Source of the DNA: Vicugna vicugna
Taxonomy: Eukaryota
DNA length: 64,000 nucleotides
Assembly: GCA_013265495.1 (NCBI GenBank)
Contig: MU058540.1
Span: 1,327,696 to 1,391,695 of the forward strand
Reading direction: 5' to 3'
Shown here: piece by piece, positions 23,256 through 35,773 of the stretch
How positions within the stretch are numbered: the first letter of the stretch is position 1
Layout of the letters: every line of letters starts with the position of its first letter
Made by a program: the position numbers and the translations under genes
The notes under the pieces: model-generated
The model's input: only the letters and a program-made list of their open reading frames with translations
What the model was told of the DNA's origin: nothing
Database searches by the model: none

Positions 23256-25620
23256 CAGACATATCTCATTTTATTGAACTTGCATTATTGTGCTTCACAG
23301 ATGATCGCGTTTTTTATGAATTGAAGGTTTATGACAACCCTGCAGTAAGCAAGTCTGTTGGTACCATTTTTCCAACAGTAATTACTCACTTTGTGTCTGT
23401 GTCACATTTTGGTAATTTTCACAATATTTCCAACTTTTTCATTATTATTATATTTGTTACAGTGATCTGTGATCAGTGATCTTTGATGTTTCTATTGTGA
23501 TTGTTTTGGGATGCCATGAACTGAACCGACATAAGACTGCGAACTTAACTGACATATGTTGTGTGTGTTCTGACCACTCCACCAAACAGCCATTTCCCCA
23601 TGTCTCTTCCTCTCCTTGGGCCTCCCTATTCCCTGAGACACAACAATATTGAAATTAGGCTAACTGATAACCCTACAGTGGTCTCTACGTGTTCAAGTGA
23701 AAGGAAGAGTCACACACGTCTCACTTTGAAAGAAAACCTAGACATGATTAAGCTCAGTGAGGAAGGCATGTCGGAAGCCAAGACAGACCAGAAGCCAGGT
23801 TGCTTGTACCAAGCAGCCAAGTTGTGAAAGCAAAGGAAAAGTCGTTGATGGAAATGAAAAGTGCTACTCCAGTGAACACACAAGTCATAAGAAAGTGAAC
23901 CTGCCTTATTGCTGATATGGAAAAAGTTTGGGTGATCTGGATAGCAGATCAAACCAAACAGCCACAACATTCCCTTAAGCCAAAGCCTAATGCAGAGCAA
24001 GGCCCTGACTCTCTCCAACTCTGTGAAAATGGAGAGGTGAGGAAACGGCAGGAAAAAAGGTTAAAGCGACCAGAGGTTGGGTCTTAAAGTTTAAGGAAAG
24101 AAGCCATCTCCGTAACAGAAAAGTGCGAGGTGAAGCGGCCAGTGCTGATGTAGAAGCGGCAGTACGTTATCCAGAAGATCTAGCTAAGAAGGTGACTCTA
24201 AACAACAGATTTTCAATGTAGGTAAAACAAGCCTTTTATTAGAAGAAGATACCATCGAGGAATTTCATGGCTAGAGAGAAGTCAAGGCCTGGCTTCAAGG
24301 CTTCAAAGCTTCAAAGGAGAGGATGACCCTCTTGTAAGCAGCTGGTGGCTTTAAAATTGAAGCCAATTTCATGCTCATTTACCATTCTGAAAACCCTAGG
24401 GCCCTTACAAATTTTGCTAAATCTACTCTGCCTATGCTCTGTAATTGGAACAACAAAGCCTGGATGAATGCACATCTGTTTACAACATGGTTTACTATTA
24501 AGACCTATTGCTCAGAGAAAGATTCCTTTCAAAATATGACTGCTCATGGACAATGCTCCTAATCACCCAAGAGCTCTGATGGAGATACCCCATGACATTC
24601 ATATTGTTTTCATGCCTGCCAACACAACATCCATTCTGCAGCCATGGATCAAGGAGTCATTTCAACTTCCAAGTCTTTCAAGTTCTTTGAGAAATACATT
24701 TCATGAGGCTGTAGCTGCCATAGTGATTCCTCTGATGGATCTAGACAAAGTAAATCCCTCTGGAAAGGATTCACCATTCTAGGTGCCATTAAGAACATTG
24801 GTGATTCATGGGAAGAGGTCAGAATATCAACATGAACAGGAGTTTGGACGAAGTTGATTGCAACCCTCCTGGATGACATCGAGGGGTTCAAGACTTCAGC
24901 AGAGGAAGTAACCGCAGATGTGGCGGATGAAGCAAGAGAACTAGAAGTGGAGCCTCAAGATGTGACTGAATCGCAGCAATCTCAGGCTAAAACTTGAACG
25001 GTTGCAGAGTTACTTCTTGTGGATGAGCAAAGAAAAGTGGTTTCCTGAGGTGGAATCTGCTTCTGGTGAAGATGCTGTGATAATAGAAGTGATAATAAAG
25101 GACTCGGAATATTACATAAACTTAGTTGATAAAGCAGTGGCAGGGTTTGAGAGGACTGGCTCCTAATTTTGCAAGAAGGTCCACCGTGGGCAAAATGCTA
25201 TCAAACAGCACTGCACGCTACAGAGAAATCATTTGTGAAAGAAGGAGTCAGTTGATGCGGCAAACTTCATTGTTGTCTTACTCTAAGAAACTGCCCCAGC
25301 TGCGCCAGCCTTCAGCAACCACCGCATTCATCAGCCAGCAGCCCTCAACACTGAGGCAAGACCCTCCACCAGCAAAAAAGATTACAACTTATTGAAGGTT
25401 CAGAGTGATAGTTACTGGTTTTTGACACTAGTTTTTTAAATTAAGGTGTGTACATTGTTTTTCTAGACGTAACGCTATTGCACACTTAAGAGACTATAGC
25501 ATAAACATAACTTTCATATGTACTAGGAAACCAAAAAGTTTGTGTAATTTGTTTTATGGCAATATTCTCTGTATTGCATCGGTCTGGAACCAAACCAGCA
25601 GTATCTCCGAGGTATTTCTA
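23256..25620 (+). mobile_element. Full-length decayed Tigger1-family DNA transposon, copy B, in ILRUN intron 1
   Basis: TA flanks at 23254-23255 and 25621-25622. Starts CAGACATATCTCATTTTATTG and ends ATCTCCGAGGTATTTCTA. Carries the same broken transposase fragments as copy A on the opposite strand. Confidence 0.93.
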
Positions 25621-26004
25621 TATTAACGGATGACAGAGGAATGACAACAACAACAAAAATGTATCGTTTAACCCACAGAGTGCAAGAGCATGCAAAGGTA
25701 TACCTGGACCAATCAAGACCTAACTAGGGAAAGCACAGCTTTCACCCAGAGACCTTCAGTTGGTGGGGAACCTGGTACAACAGAAGTTACAGTATGATAG
25801 CTGGACCTGACTAGGAGTCATCTCCCATTTGAGAGGGGGAATGAGAGCATTTGTAGTTGTTACTTGTTTAGGCAATGCCCCCACTTCCACACAGGACCCC
25901 TTAGAACAGAGTGAGGTCATTCCAGAGTTAACATGGGGGTGGGGGCACCTAGGAATTTGGAACTGAAATTGAGAATGAGTTTTTCTCATAGTATCCGGGC
26001 TATA

Positions 26005-26275
26005 AACTACAAATAGTATATTATTCACTTATATGAGGTATCTAGAGTAGTCAAATTCATAGAAACAGAAAGTAAAATGATGACTGACAGGGGCTGAGGA
26101 AAGGGGGAAATGAGGAGTTACTGTTTAATGGGTACAGAGTTTCAGTTTCACAAGATGAAAAAGTTCTGGAGATAGGTTGCACAACATGGTTAATTCTACT
26201 GAACTGTATACACTTAGAAATGGTTAAGCTGGTAAATTCTATGTCATGTGTATTTTACCACAATTTTAAAAAATT
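26005..26275 (+). mobile_element. L1M 3' UTR fragment
   Basis: TCACTTATATGAGGTATCTAGAGTAGTCAAATTCATAGAAACAGAAAGTA..AGTTTCAGTTT..GAAAAAGTTCTGGAGAT pattern. Confidence 0.75.
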
Positions 26276-26519
26276 TTAATTAGGATGAGAGCAATATACT
26301 TCATTAAGAAATTTGTACTTACTCCTAAAAGCAACGGAGAGAATCTAAAAGTTAAAAAAATTTATTGAAGTATGACTTACATAACATAAAATTCACCTAT
26401 TTCAAATGCATAATTCAATGATTTTTAGTAAAGTTATTTAACTGTAAAACCATCACCATGTTTCAGGACATTTCATCATCTCGATAATGTCCTAATCCCC
26501 ATAACATACATGTGTATGT

Positions 26520-26905
26520 GCTATGTTAGTGGCAAAGGAGAATTCAGGTTGCTAATCAGGTGACCTCAATACAGGAACATTATCCTGTATTATCAATGTA
26601 ATCACTTCCTTAAAAGTGGAAGAGGAAATTGGAAGAGAGAACCAAAGAGAGAGCAGTTTGAGGACTCACAAGACATGCTGGCTTTGAAGATGGAGAAATG
26701 AGGCTATAAGCCAAGGAGTGTATGTGGCCCCCAGATGTGGGAAAAGGCAAGGAAATAGATTCTCTAGCAAGAACACAGCCCTGATAACACCTTAATTTTA
26801 GCCCAGTGAGACTCATTTTGGACTTCTGAACTCCATAACTGTGAAATCATAAATTGGTGTTTTTTTAAAACCCCTAATTTTGTGGTCATTTAACAGCAGC
26901 AAAAA
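26520..26905 (+). mobile_element. MaLR (MLT1-like) solo LTR
   Basis: CTGGCTTTGAAGATGGAG..AAGCCAAGGA..AAGGCAAGGAAATAGATTCTC..GACTTCTGAACTCCATAACTGT motifs. Confidence 0.75.
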
Positions 26906-28849
26906 CAAATACAATGGCTATTCATTGTATTATTCTTTCTACTATACTGTATATTTGAAAATGCTTCTCATACAAAAAAAAAACTATGAATGTAAAAGTA
27001 GGCTTAAAGAAAGGGTACAATTAGAAAGGTGCTGTATTCTGCTGAGTCATTTCCTTCATCATAACTCTGCTTTCAAGAACTCAATTATCCATTAAAGATG
27101 CACATTTAGAAAGTTAACTCCTATTCTTCTCGCCTTCCGCCCCATTTAACTGTCATGGATACTTTCTGAGAAGGTAAATAATCACTAGATTCAGTGCTAA
27201 TTGAAATTTTTGAAGATACTAAAACAATTGCCCAGAGAAGACATGAAAATGTATGATACCCAAAAAGTTCCAGAATGACAAACAGAAAACGTGATTCAGA
27301 CAAAACTATCTTCATAAACAAAACATCTCTGGTTTACTGTTGTTCATGAAACTTTCTTTGGGACATAATTTAAAGGAGCAGTTACGAAATGATCAGGTAA
27401 ATCTATAATTATGGTTTTAAAAGTGTGTTTACTACACAAAGAGCTTAGAATAAGTCAGCAATGGTCAAAATGTGTCTTAGCCTACAGCCTAGTCAGAGAC
27501 CTATTTTCTAAAAAACAATAGAAACCCTTCTTACAGGGGAAAGTGTCAAAAAGCTAAATTTTAAACCAACATTCCACTCTCGAATCCAGCTGCTGTTTCT
27601 GCATACAAAGAAAAATACAGGGGCTTTGAAAAGAAATCACACACCTTTTACATACACTTTTGATTAAAATGCTCCACATCTGACCAATATGTCTTGCCTA
27701 GAGATTTCCTGACAGTGTGCTACAGGGGCTAGCTTCAAAGTCTTCAGTTTCATCTTCCCTAAAGAACCACACTGGCCATACCATATTTAGAGATAACACA
27801 AAAGTAAACCTCAGCATACTTCACCTCCCAAAATGCACACTAGAATACATATGTCTAAGACCCTATGTTATGTTATTCTCTCCTCTAAGAACAAAAAGGC
27901 AAATAAAAGTTGTCCAAGTTCTATGTAATATGATGAACAAAGCCAATGCAATGTTATCATCACCACCAAATAATGTCACATGGCATTAATGCCTACTCTG
28001 CTCATTCTGCAGACAACCCATCTCCAAATACTCTGTGTCTATATTTGGCTGTTCGCTGGTACATGTGAGATAGGTAGCTTAAAAAGCTACATACTTTATA
28101 GCTGGAAGACTAAATTAAATTGGATGGAACTTGGAGAAAGATTACAATAAAGGCAGATCTTTACCACAGTTCATAAACCTGAGAGGGCCAGGTCGCTTAT
28201 TCTTTACAAACCAATGAAACAACAGTATAAATATGTTAGAAATTGCTGTCATTTTTAGTAGTAACTGATCACTGAGAACAAGGAAGACAACATTTAAAGA
28301 ATATTTCCTGTAAAAATCCTATGACACTTACAGTCTCACATACTCTGTTAATGTTTCATGTCTGGACAGCCAACTGCCCATGAAAAGCAGTCAGGTTTGG
28401 ACAGCTCATCCAACTATGGCGTTTCTTATACATTACAGAAGAAAAGGATTTTTTAAAATAACTACTTTGCATGACACTGCATAATTACCACCAGTTAAAT
28501 TACTACCATCCCCCCCAAAATCACAAAACCATCCAAAGAAACATGAAAACACACACACACACAATCTAACTTGGTTTCCAAAAAGAAACTAATTTTTTAA
28601 AAAACTCAGGAAAAAATATTTCTGTAGCTTTTTCTGATTCTTCCTAAAACAGAGTGGTCTCTCAAAGAGAGAAAAACAGCAAACATCCCCAAATAATGAA
28701 AACACAGTGAAGGAGTTTATGTATTTCAAGCTTCACAAAGGTCAAGGAGATCTCTCTCCAGAACCTTTTCTTTCAATCCCCTGTGGCTGAGAGTAAGGTA
28801 AATACACATAGCTCCACACTATTAAGACAAATAACCAAATATCTGATTC

Positions 28850-30400
28850 ATTCACCATAAAATCCTTCACGACTATGATAATTTCCATTTAAAAATTACC
28901 AGTATCTTTACTAAAGACTGCCAACTAATAAAAGTAGAAGGAACAACAGATTTGGAAAATCATCTTTTTGCAACCACTAGGCAACAAACCACTAAAGCAA
29001 GGATCATCAAATGGCTACTAAAGCAGGAGAAAGACTGCTAGGGAAAAGGATATTCTCCTATTCTCTAACAGATTACTTATTAATTACAAAGGAGAAAAAC
29101 AGGTGGACACTGTCTTAACTAAATACTCAAATTTAGTAACAATAATGGGACAAACTAACAGCAGATGCCTCCTGATGTGATGCAACATAAGATGCAGAAT
29201 TATCTACCTATTATTTCTAACAAGAAAGAAAGGGGAAAAAAAACATATAACCTGAATCTAACTATGAGGAAACAATCAGACTAATCAACAATATGGGACA
29301 CTCTAGAGGACAAATGGCCTCCGCTCTTAAAAAATATCAATGTCATAAAACATGCAAATGACAAAGGTAAGGGCCTATTCTAAATTACAGACATGACAAC
29401 CAATGTAATATGAGATGCCTGAGAAGATTCTCAATTGAAAAAAAAAAGTTATAAGGGCATTCAGAGAACAAATAGGGAAATCTAGATATAGACTATACAT
29501 TGAATAATACTATCATTTATTTTCATGCTAAATGCCTTGGGAGTGACAATGATATTATATAGGATGATGACCTTGTTCTTAGGATAGATTTGCTGAAGGA
29601 CTAAGGGGTGAAATATCATGATCTCTGCAATTTATCTCAAATAGTTCAGGGGAAAAATGTATAAAATCCATAAAAAGAACTCTCATACATTGCTGATGGG
29701 AACATAAAATGATAGTTACTTTGGAAAACAATTTGGCAGTTTCTTAAAAAGTTAAATACAACAATACAAAATAGCAATCCTTTCCTAGGTATCTATCTAG
29801 AAGTTAAAACATTCTTACAAGTGAATGTTCATAGCAGTTTTATTCATAACAGCCGTAAGTAGAAAAACCAGAAGTACATCAACTGGTAAATGGATAAATG
29901 AAATGTGATATATCCATACAATGGAAAATTACTCATCAATAAAAATGAACAAAATACTGATCCATGTTAAAACATGAATAAACTTCATAAACATTATGCT
30001 AAGTGAAAGAAGCCAGATACAAAGCCAATAGATACAAAAAGTAAAGAAAAGGCAACTATTGAGAGACAGAGAACAGATTAGTGGTTGCCTTAGGCCTGGG
30101 AGTAGGAATGGGGATTAACTGTAAACAAACAGAAGAAATCTTATTGGAATGATGAAAATATACAGCTGGATTGAAGTGATGGTTGCTCAGTTCTGTAAAC
30201 TTACCAAAAATCAACTATTTTAAATGGGTTAATTTATGGTATGTAAATTATACTTCAATAAAGATGCTTTAAAAATAAAGCAAATGTAGAAAATAAATAA
30301 ATAAATAAAGCAAATGTGGTAAAATGGTAATTATATAGGTAGTCATTGTACTAGTCTTTGAACTCTTCTATAGTTTTGAAATTCTTCAAAATAAAAAGTT
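28850..30400 (+). mobile_element. Cluster of old L1M fragments
   Basis: TTTGGAAAACAATTTGGCAGTTTCTTAAAAAGTTAAA, GGATAAATGAAATGTGATATATCCATACAATGGAA, ATGCTAAGTGAAAGAAGCCAGA. Boundaries approximate. Confidence 0.65.
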
Positions 30401-30409
30401 AGGGGCTAA

Positions 30410-31145
30410 ATCAGTGCAGCCACTATGGAGAATAGTATGGAGGTTCCTTATGAAAATGAAAAATAAGAGTTACCATATGAGCCAGCAATCCCACTCCTGG
30501 GCATGTATCTGGAAAAGATGAAGATTCTAATTCAAAAACATACATGTACCCCAATGTTCAAAGCAGCACTTTTTACAATAGCCAAGACATAGAAGCTACC
30601 TAAACGTCCATCAATAGACGAATGGATAAAGCTGTGATGTGTGTGTACACACACACACACACACACACAGGAATACTACTTAGTCATAAAAAAGAATGAA
30701 ATAATATCATTTGCAGCAACATAGATGGACCTAGAGACCGTAATACTAAGTGAAGTAAATCAGACAGAGGAAGAGAAATATCATATATCACTCATATGTG
30801 GAATATAAAAAAAAAAGACACAAATCAACTTATTTATAAAACTCACAGACTCACAGACATAGAAAACAAATTTATGTTTGCCAGGGCGAAAGGGGGTGGG
30901 AAAGGAAAAATTGGGAATTTGAGATTTGCAGATAGTAACTGCTACATACAAAATAGATAAACAACAAGGTCCTTCTGTATAGCACAGGGAACTATATTCA
31001 ATACCTTTCAATTGCCTATAATTAAAAAGAATATGAAAAGGAATATATATATGTATAACTGAATCACTTATTCCATATACCAGAAATTAATACAACATTG
31101 TAAACCAATTATACTTCAATAAAAATTGATTAATTTAAAAAAAGA
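30410..31145 (+). mobile_element. 5'-truncated L1 (ORF2 end plus 3' UTR) with internal (CA)n
   Basis: CAGCCACTATGGAGAATAGTATGGAGGTTCC..CCAGCAATCCCACTCCTGGGCAT..TATAGCACAGGGAACTATATTCAA..TATACTTCAATAAAAA. Confidence 0.85.
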
Positions 31146-31501
31146 AAATGTGGGCATTAAAGTGAAAAAGAAAAAGAATTAAAGTATTAAAAAGAAAATA
31201 AAAACCAACTATGTAATCTTATAGCCAGAGATAACCATTTATAATTTGTCCTTCAGGTAAAAGTAGATTCATTTTGGTGAAGGAAAACTATTCAAATATA
31301 ACATCACAACTTGATCAATTATTTAACTGCTATATCAAAATTTTATATCATATCTAAATGACCAGATAAATCATAATAAGAATGAAAAGGCAGAATAAAA
31401 AATTTTAGGTACAAACCCAATGCTTCTTTTCTGCTTCCAATTAAAAACTGCATGCACTAGCCTCAGCTCTCTCCCAAAACCCTCTTAAAATATAGGTATG
31501 G

Positions 31502-31885
31502 TGCTATGGACTGAATGAATGTTTGTGTCCCCTCAAAATTCATTTGTTGAAACCCTAACTCCTAATATGATGGTATTAGAAGGTGGGACCTTCAGGAGGT
31601 GATAAGATCATAAAGGTGAAGCCTGCAGGAATGGGATTAGTGTCCTTATAAAAGTCACTCTTGAGAACTCTCTCACCCCTTCCACCACAGGGGGTTAGAG
31701 CCAGATGTCAGTCATCTATAAACTAGGAATTGGGCCCTCACCAAACATCAAACCAGCTTGCTAGCACCCTGATCTTGGACTTCCTAGCCTTCAGACCTAT
31801 GAAAAATAAATCTTTGTTTACAAGCCACTTGTTGTTTACAAGTTTATGATATTTCTGTGATAACAGCCTGAATGAACTAAGGCAA
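31502..31885 (+). mobile_element. MaLR (MLT1-like) solo LTR
   Basis: Starts TGCTATGGACTGAATG..TGTCCCCTCAAAATTCAT, contains GATCTTGGACTTCCTAGCCT..AAATAAAT, ends AACTAAGGCA. Confidence 0.85.
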
Positions 31886-32629
31886 ATGGCAGGGGAAGTC
31901 ATAAATTTACAAGGACAAAATGAACAAGTGAGGAGGCAACATCTGGGTTGCTAGAAAGCAGACAGACAAGTGGTAAATGACTTAGCCGACCTGAGAAAGA
32001 TGACTCCTCACTCCTCTTCAGCCAGCAGTGGGGATAGGTAGAGAAGCAACCCAACTTAAAATGAGGATTCACCCAAAAGGTTCAAAAATTAAGAGCACCA
32101 GGTATCCTACAAGTGAAGTGAAGATATGGATAAAAACAGGAGAAGTTACACGTTTGCCTTAACCCAACAGACCTCAGATATTCTAATATAGTCTACACAC
32201 TACATAGCCTGGTGACTGCCCCACCCTGGAGGAAATGGGTGGAGCTGTTATGCCCTCAGATAACAAACCCTATAGTCAGGCCCACAACTTCCAACCCACT
32301 TTTTGTGTCTTCCTCTTAAATAGACGTAGATAGCCAAGAACCAAGAAATATTTAAGGTAAAGCACTTAATATGAAAAGAAAAAAAAAAAAACTAAAGAAA
32401 GTAAACAGAAAAAGCAACTTAAAGAACATAACACTGAGGATATCTTAGAAAACAGTCCAAAATTTTGTCAAAAGGTTAAAAGAGAAAAGATAACACAGAT
32501 AGAGGACCAGACCAGAAAATCCAATACCTGAAAAATGGGACCTCTAAGAAAAGAGAACAGAGAAAATGAAGGGGGGTGGGGGGAAATCAAAGGATTAATT
32601 CAAGACATTGTCCAAGATCTATAAAAGAA

Positions 32630-33310
32630 ATGAAAAAATATAACAAAACAGAAACAGAGTACAGATATAGAGAACAAGTGGTTGCCAGAGAAAAGGGAGT
32701 AGGGGGAGGAAAGAAAGAAATGAGGAAGATTATGAGGTACAAACTTCTAGTTGCAAATTAAATGAGTCACAGGTATAAAATGTACAGTGTGGGGAATATA
32801 ATCAAAAACTATGTAATATCTTTGTATGATGATATATCATAACTAGACTTATAAGAACTATCATGGTGATCATTGTGAAATGTACAGACATTCCAAATTA
32901 CTATGTTGTATAACAGGAACTGATACAGAGTTAAAGGTCAATTATACTTCAAAAACAAACTCATTGAAAACAAGATCAGATTTATGGTTACCAGAGGCAG
33001 AAAGAGGAACTGGATGAAGGCAATCAAAAGGTACAAACTACCATATATAATACTGATGCAATGTACAACATGATAAATATAAATAACACTGCTGTATGTT
33101 ATATATGAAAGTTTTAAGACAGTAAATTCTAAGAGTTCTCACTACAAGAAAAAATTTGTTTTCTATTTCTTTAATTCTGTACCTATATGAGATGACAAGT
33201 GTTTACTAAACTTACTGTGATAATCATTTCACGATGTATGTAAGTCAAATCATTATGCGGCACACCTTATAACTCTATGTGAGTTACATGTTAATAAAAT
33301 TGGAAAAAAA
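32630..33310 (+). mobile_element. L1 3' UTR fragments
   Basis: GAGGTACAAACTTCTAGTTGCAAATTAAATGAGTCACAGG and AGTAAATTCTAAGAGTTCTCACTACAAG motifs ending in AATAAAA and an A run. Confidence 0.65.
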
Positions 33311-34041
33311 GAAATTTTCCAAGAACAAGAGGGACAGTTTCCAGACTAAAAGGGCTCCCCAAAACTGAGCACAGTGTAAGAGAACACGTGCTGATGCATT
33401 TCAGGACACTGGAGACAGCAAAGTTATCAAAAGCTTCCAGAAGGGGAAAACACAGAATTCACTCAAAGAACAAAGAATCAGGACAGTATCACATTTCAAC
33501 ATTTCCACTGAAAAATAGAAGACAAACAGTGCCTTCAAAATTCTGAGAAAAATATTCCCAATCTTTAAACTGCCATCAAACCAAACTTAGGATATTAACT
33601 AAACATCAGAGATACAGTTTCAGAATATAAATGTCTCAAATTTATTTCCTCTGCACTCTCCTGAAGTTTTTAAAAACTGGGGTTTTAAAAAGTGGGATCC
33701 AGGAAACAGGGGTTCCAACACAGTGGATAGAGTATAAAAGAAACCCCCAGGGTACCCAGGAGAACAGCCGACCTCAAGTTCAACCAGTCCAAATCATAGT
33801 AGGTTAAACACTCTGGAAGAGACGTCTTCGAAAAGATAAAACTGATAGAACACCTGAACCTACTGAAAACCTAGTGAAAAGAGATTCATAGTTCGCAAGG
33901 AGTTTGAGGATAATTTAGAAATCTGATCCCTGTAAAGAAAAAAAAAGAATTTCTGTATATCTTGTATATAGATGTTGAACTATAATGCTGTACACTGAAA
34001 CTTACATAATAAATCAAGCATTTTTAAAATATCTTAAGAGA

Positions 34042-34139
34042 GTTGGGGTATAGCTCAGAGGTGGAGTGTGTGCTTAACATATGCCAGGTTCTGGGTTCAA
34101 TCCCTAGTACCTCCACTGGAAAAAAAAAAACCAATAAAA
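34042..34139 (+). mobile_element. tRNA-derived SINE (vic-1-like)
   Basis: GGGGTATAGCTCAG..GGGTTCAATCCCTAGTACCTCC plus poly(A); 17-bp TSD TAAAATATCTTAAGAGA at 34025-34041 and 34140-34156. Confidence 0.9.
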
Positions 34140-35721
34140 TAAAATATCTTAAGAGACTGAGAAAACCAAAATCTCAAGACAATTATTTCCCTTGGGGCAG
34201 CAAAGACTGTGCAGAAAAGGAAAATGAATCCCAGTACACTATGGCTCAAATGTCAATAAGCATTTAAATAAAATAAACACTGAGAACTAATTTAACTAAA
34301 TTACAAATAATTAAAATGGGAAAATGAGTTGATAGGGTGAGTGAAACTAAAAATTACCAGGTGCTGGGCACAGCTCTAAATCTTTATGCATATTAATTTA
34401 TCCAATCCTCAGATAAAAACTGATATTGCCCTTATAAATAAGGAAACCAAGGCACAGAGAGAATAAAATAACTTGCCAAAGGTCACAGATTGTAAATAAC
34501 ACAAGCTCTGGACTTTGCTCTTCACCACCACATTGGCTCTCATGGAACAAAATCCTCATTTCCCTGTGACAAGTCAATAGATAATGGTCAAAACTGAAAA
34601 AAAAAAAAATCAATAGAGAGGTAAAAACCAAAAAATTAGCTGAATGAATTAAAAAGGATTGCCTTGGGGGAATGAGATAAGAAAAAAGGAGCCTACAATT
34701 CCTAGTTCCTTTTAACAAGCCTGTAGAACTACCTAACCCTTTAAACTATGTGCATTTATAACTTAGATAAAATGAAAATTATGAGAAGAAAATCTACTTC
34801 CCTTTAAAAACACTTTTTAAGTGAACATTAAAACTCTCATTCAACCCTAGAAAACTGAACATACACACCAATACAACAGAGGAAGAAGCACAAAACCAAG
34901 CCCAAATATATACATAAGCATTTAATATATGTTAAGATAGCATTTCAGATCATTGGGGGAAAATGTGAATTTCACAATAAATGGGAAAACTAACATCTGG
35001 AAAACAGGTGAAGATATCAGCTCCACACACTGCCAAATAAATTTCAGCTGTATAAAAGATTTATATGTAAATTATGCAATCATAAAGAAAACAGAGGTGA
35101 ATAATTATGTAACTATTAGGTGAGGGAAGGACTTCAAAGCAGGAAACCAAAGCAGAAATCAAAAAGGAAAAGACAGCTGGATTCAACTTCATAAAAATTT
35201 ACCAAAACAGTGCTACATGGTAAAAAAAACATTATAAACCATGTTTAAAGACAAACTGGAGGAAAGGCAAGCACTTAATAAGCTAATTTCCTTGCTCTGC
35301 ATATAGCTCACACAAATCAATGAGAAAAAGAATAACAATCCAATAGATGTAGAAAGGCAAACACACGAGTCATAGAAAAATACAACTGATTCCAATAAAG
35401 CTGGGGGGAAAATACAAATGGCCAATAAAGACAGGGAAGGATGTCCTACCTCACTCATAATTAGAACAATACAAATTAAAATGAATATACATTTAACCTA
35501 ACAGACCAGCAACAATGCAAAGACAAAGATCATTCTTCCAGATGTTAAGAGGATCGCAAAACAAGCACTCTTACAATACTAATAGTAAAAACAAAAATTG
35601 GTACAATACTTTTGAAGTGAATTTGATACTACCTATCAAAATTTAAACTGCCCATACAACCAGCCCCAGCAATTCTACTTCTAAGACTGTATTCACAAGT
35701 TTGTATAGATACCCATATCAA

Positions 35722-35773
35722 AAAATAAAATAAAATAAAATAAAATAAAATAAAATAAAATAAAATAAAATAA
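35722..35773. repeat. (AAAAT)n microsatellite
   Basis: About ten tandem AAAAT units seen directly. Confidence 0.95.

Larger units (their letters stand above)
4795..25499. repeat. Long inverted repeat: arms 4795-7009 and 23288-25499, spacer about 16.3 kb
   Basis: Six ORF pairs in the track have identical translations at mirror coordinates (coordinate sums 30297 and 30294). Direct reading found only a substitution at 6947/23350 and a 3-bp indel at 5211-5213. Confidence 0.97.

Noticed and set aside
23561..25395. An active or domesticated Tigger transposase gene (TIGD-like)
   Set aside because: Transposase similarity is split over several frames with stops, deletions and frameshifts in both copies; no continuous ORF exists.
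4669..25620. A composite transposon or recent transposition moving exons 2-3
   Set aside because: The TIRs are degenerate and differ between copies, the transposase is dead, and the exons sit in normal order and orientation.
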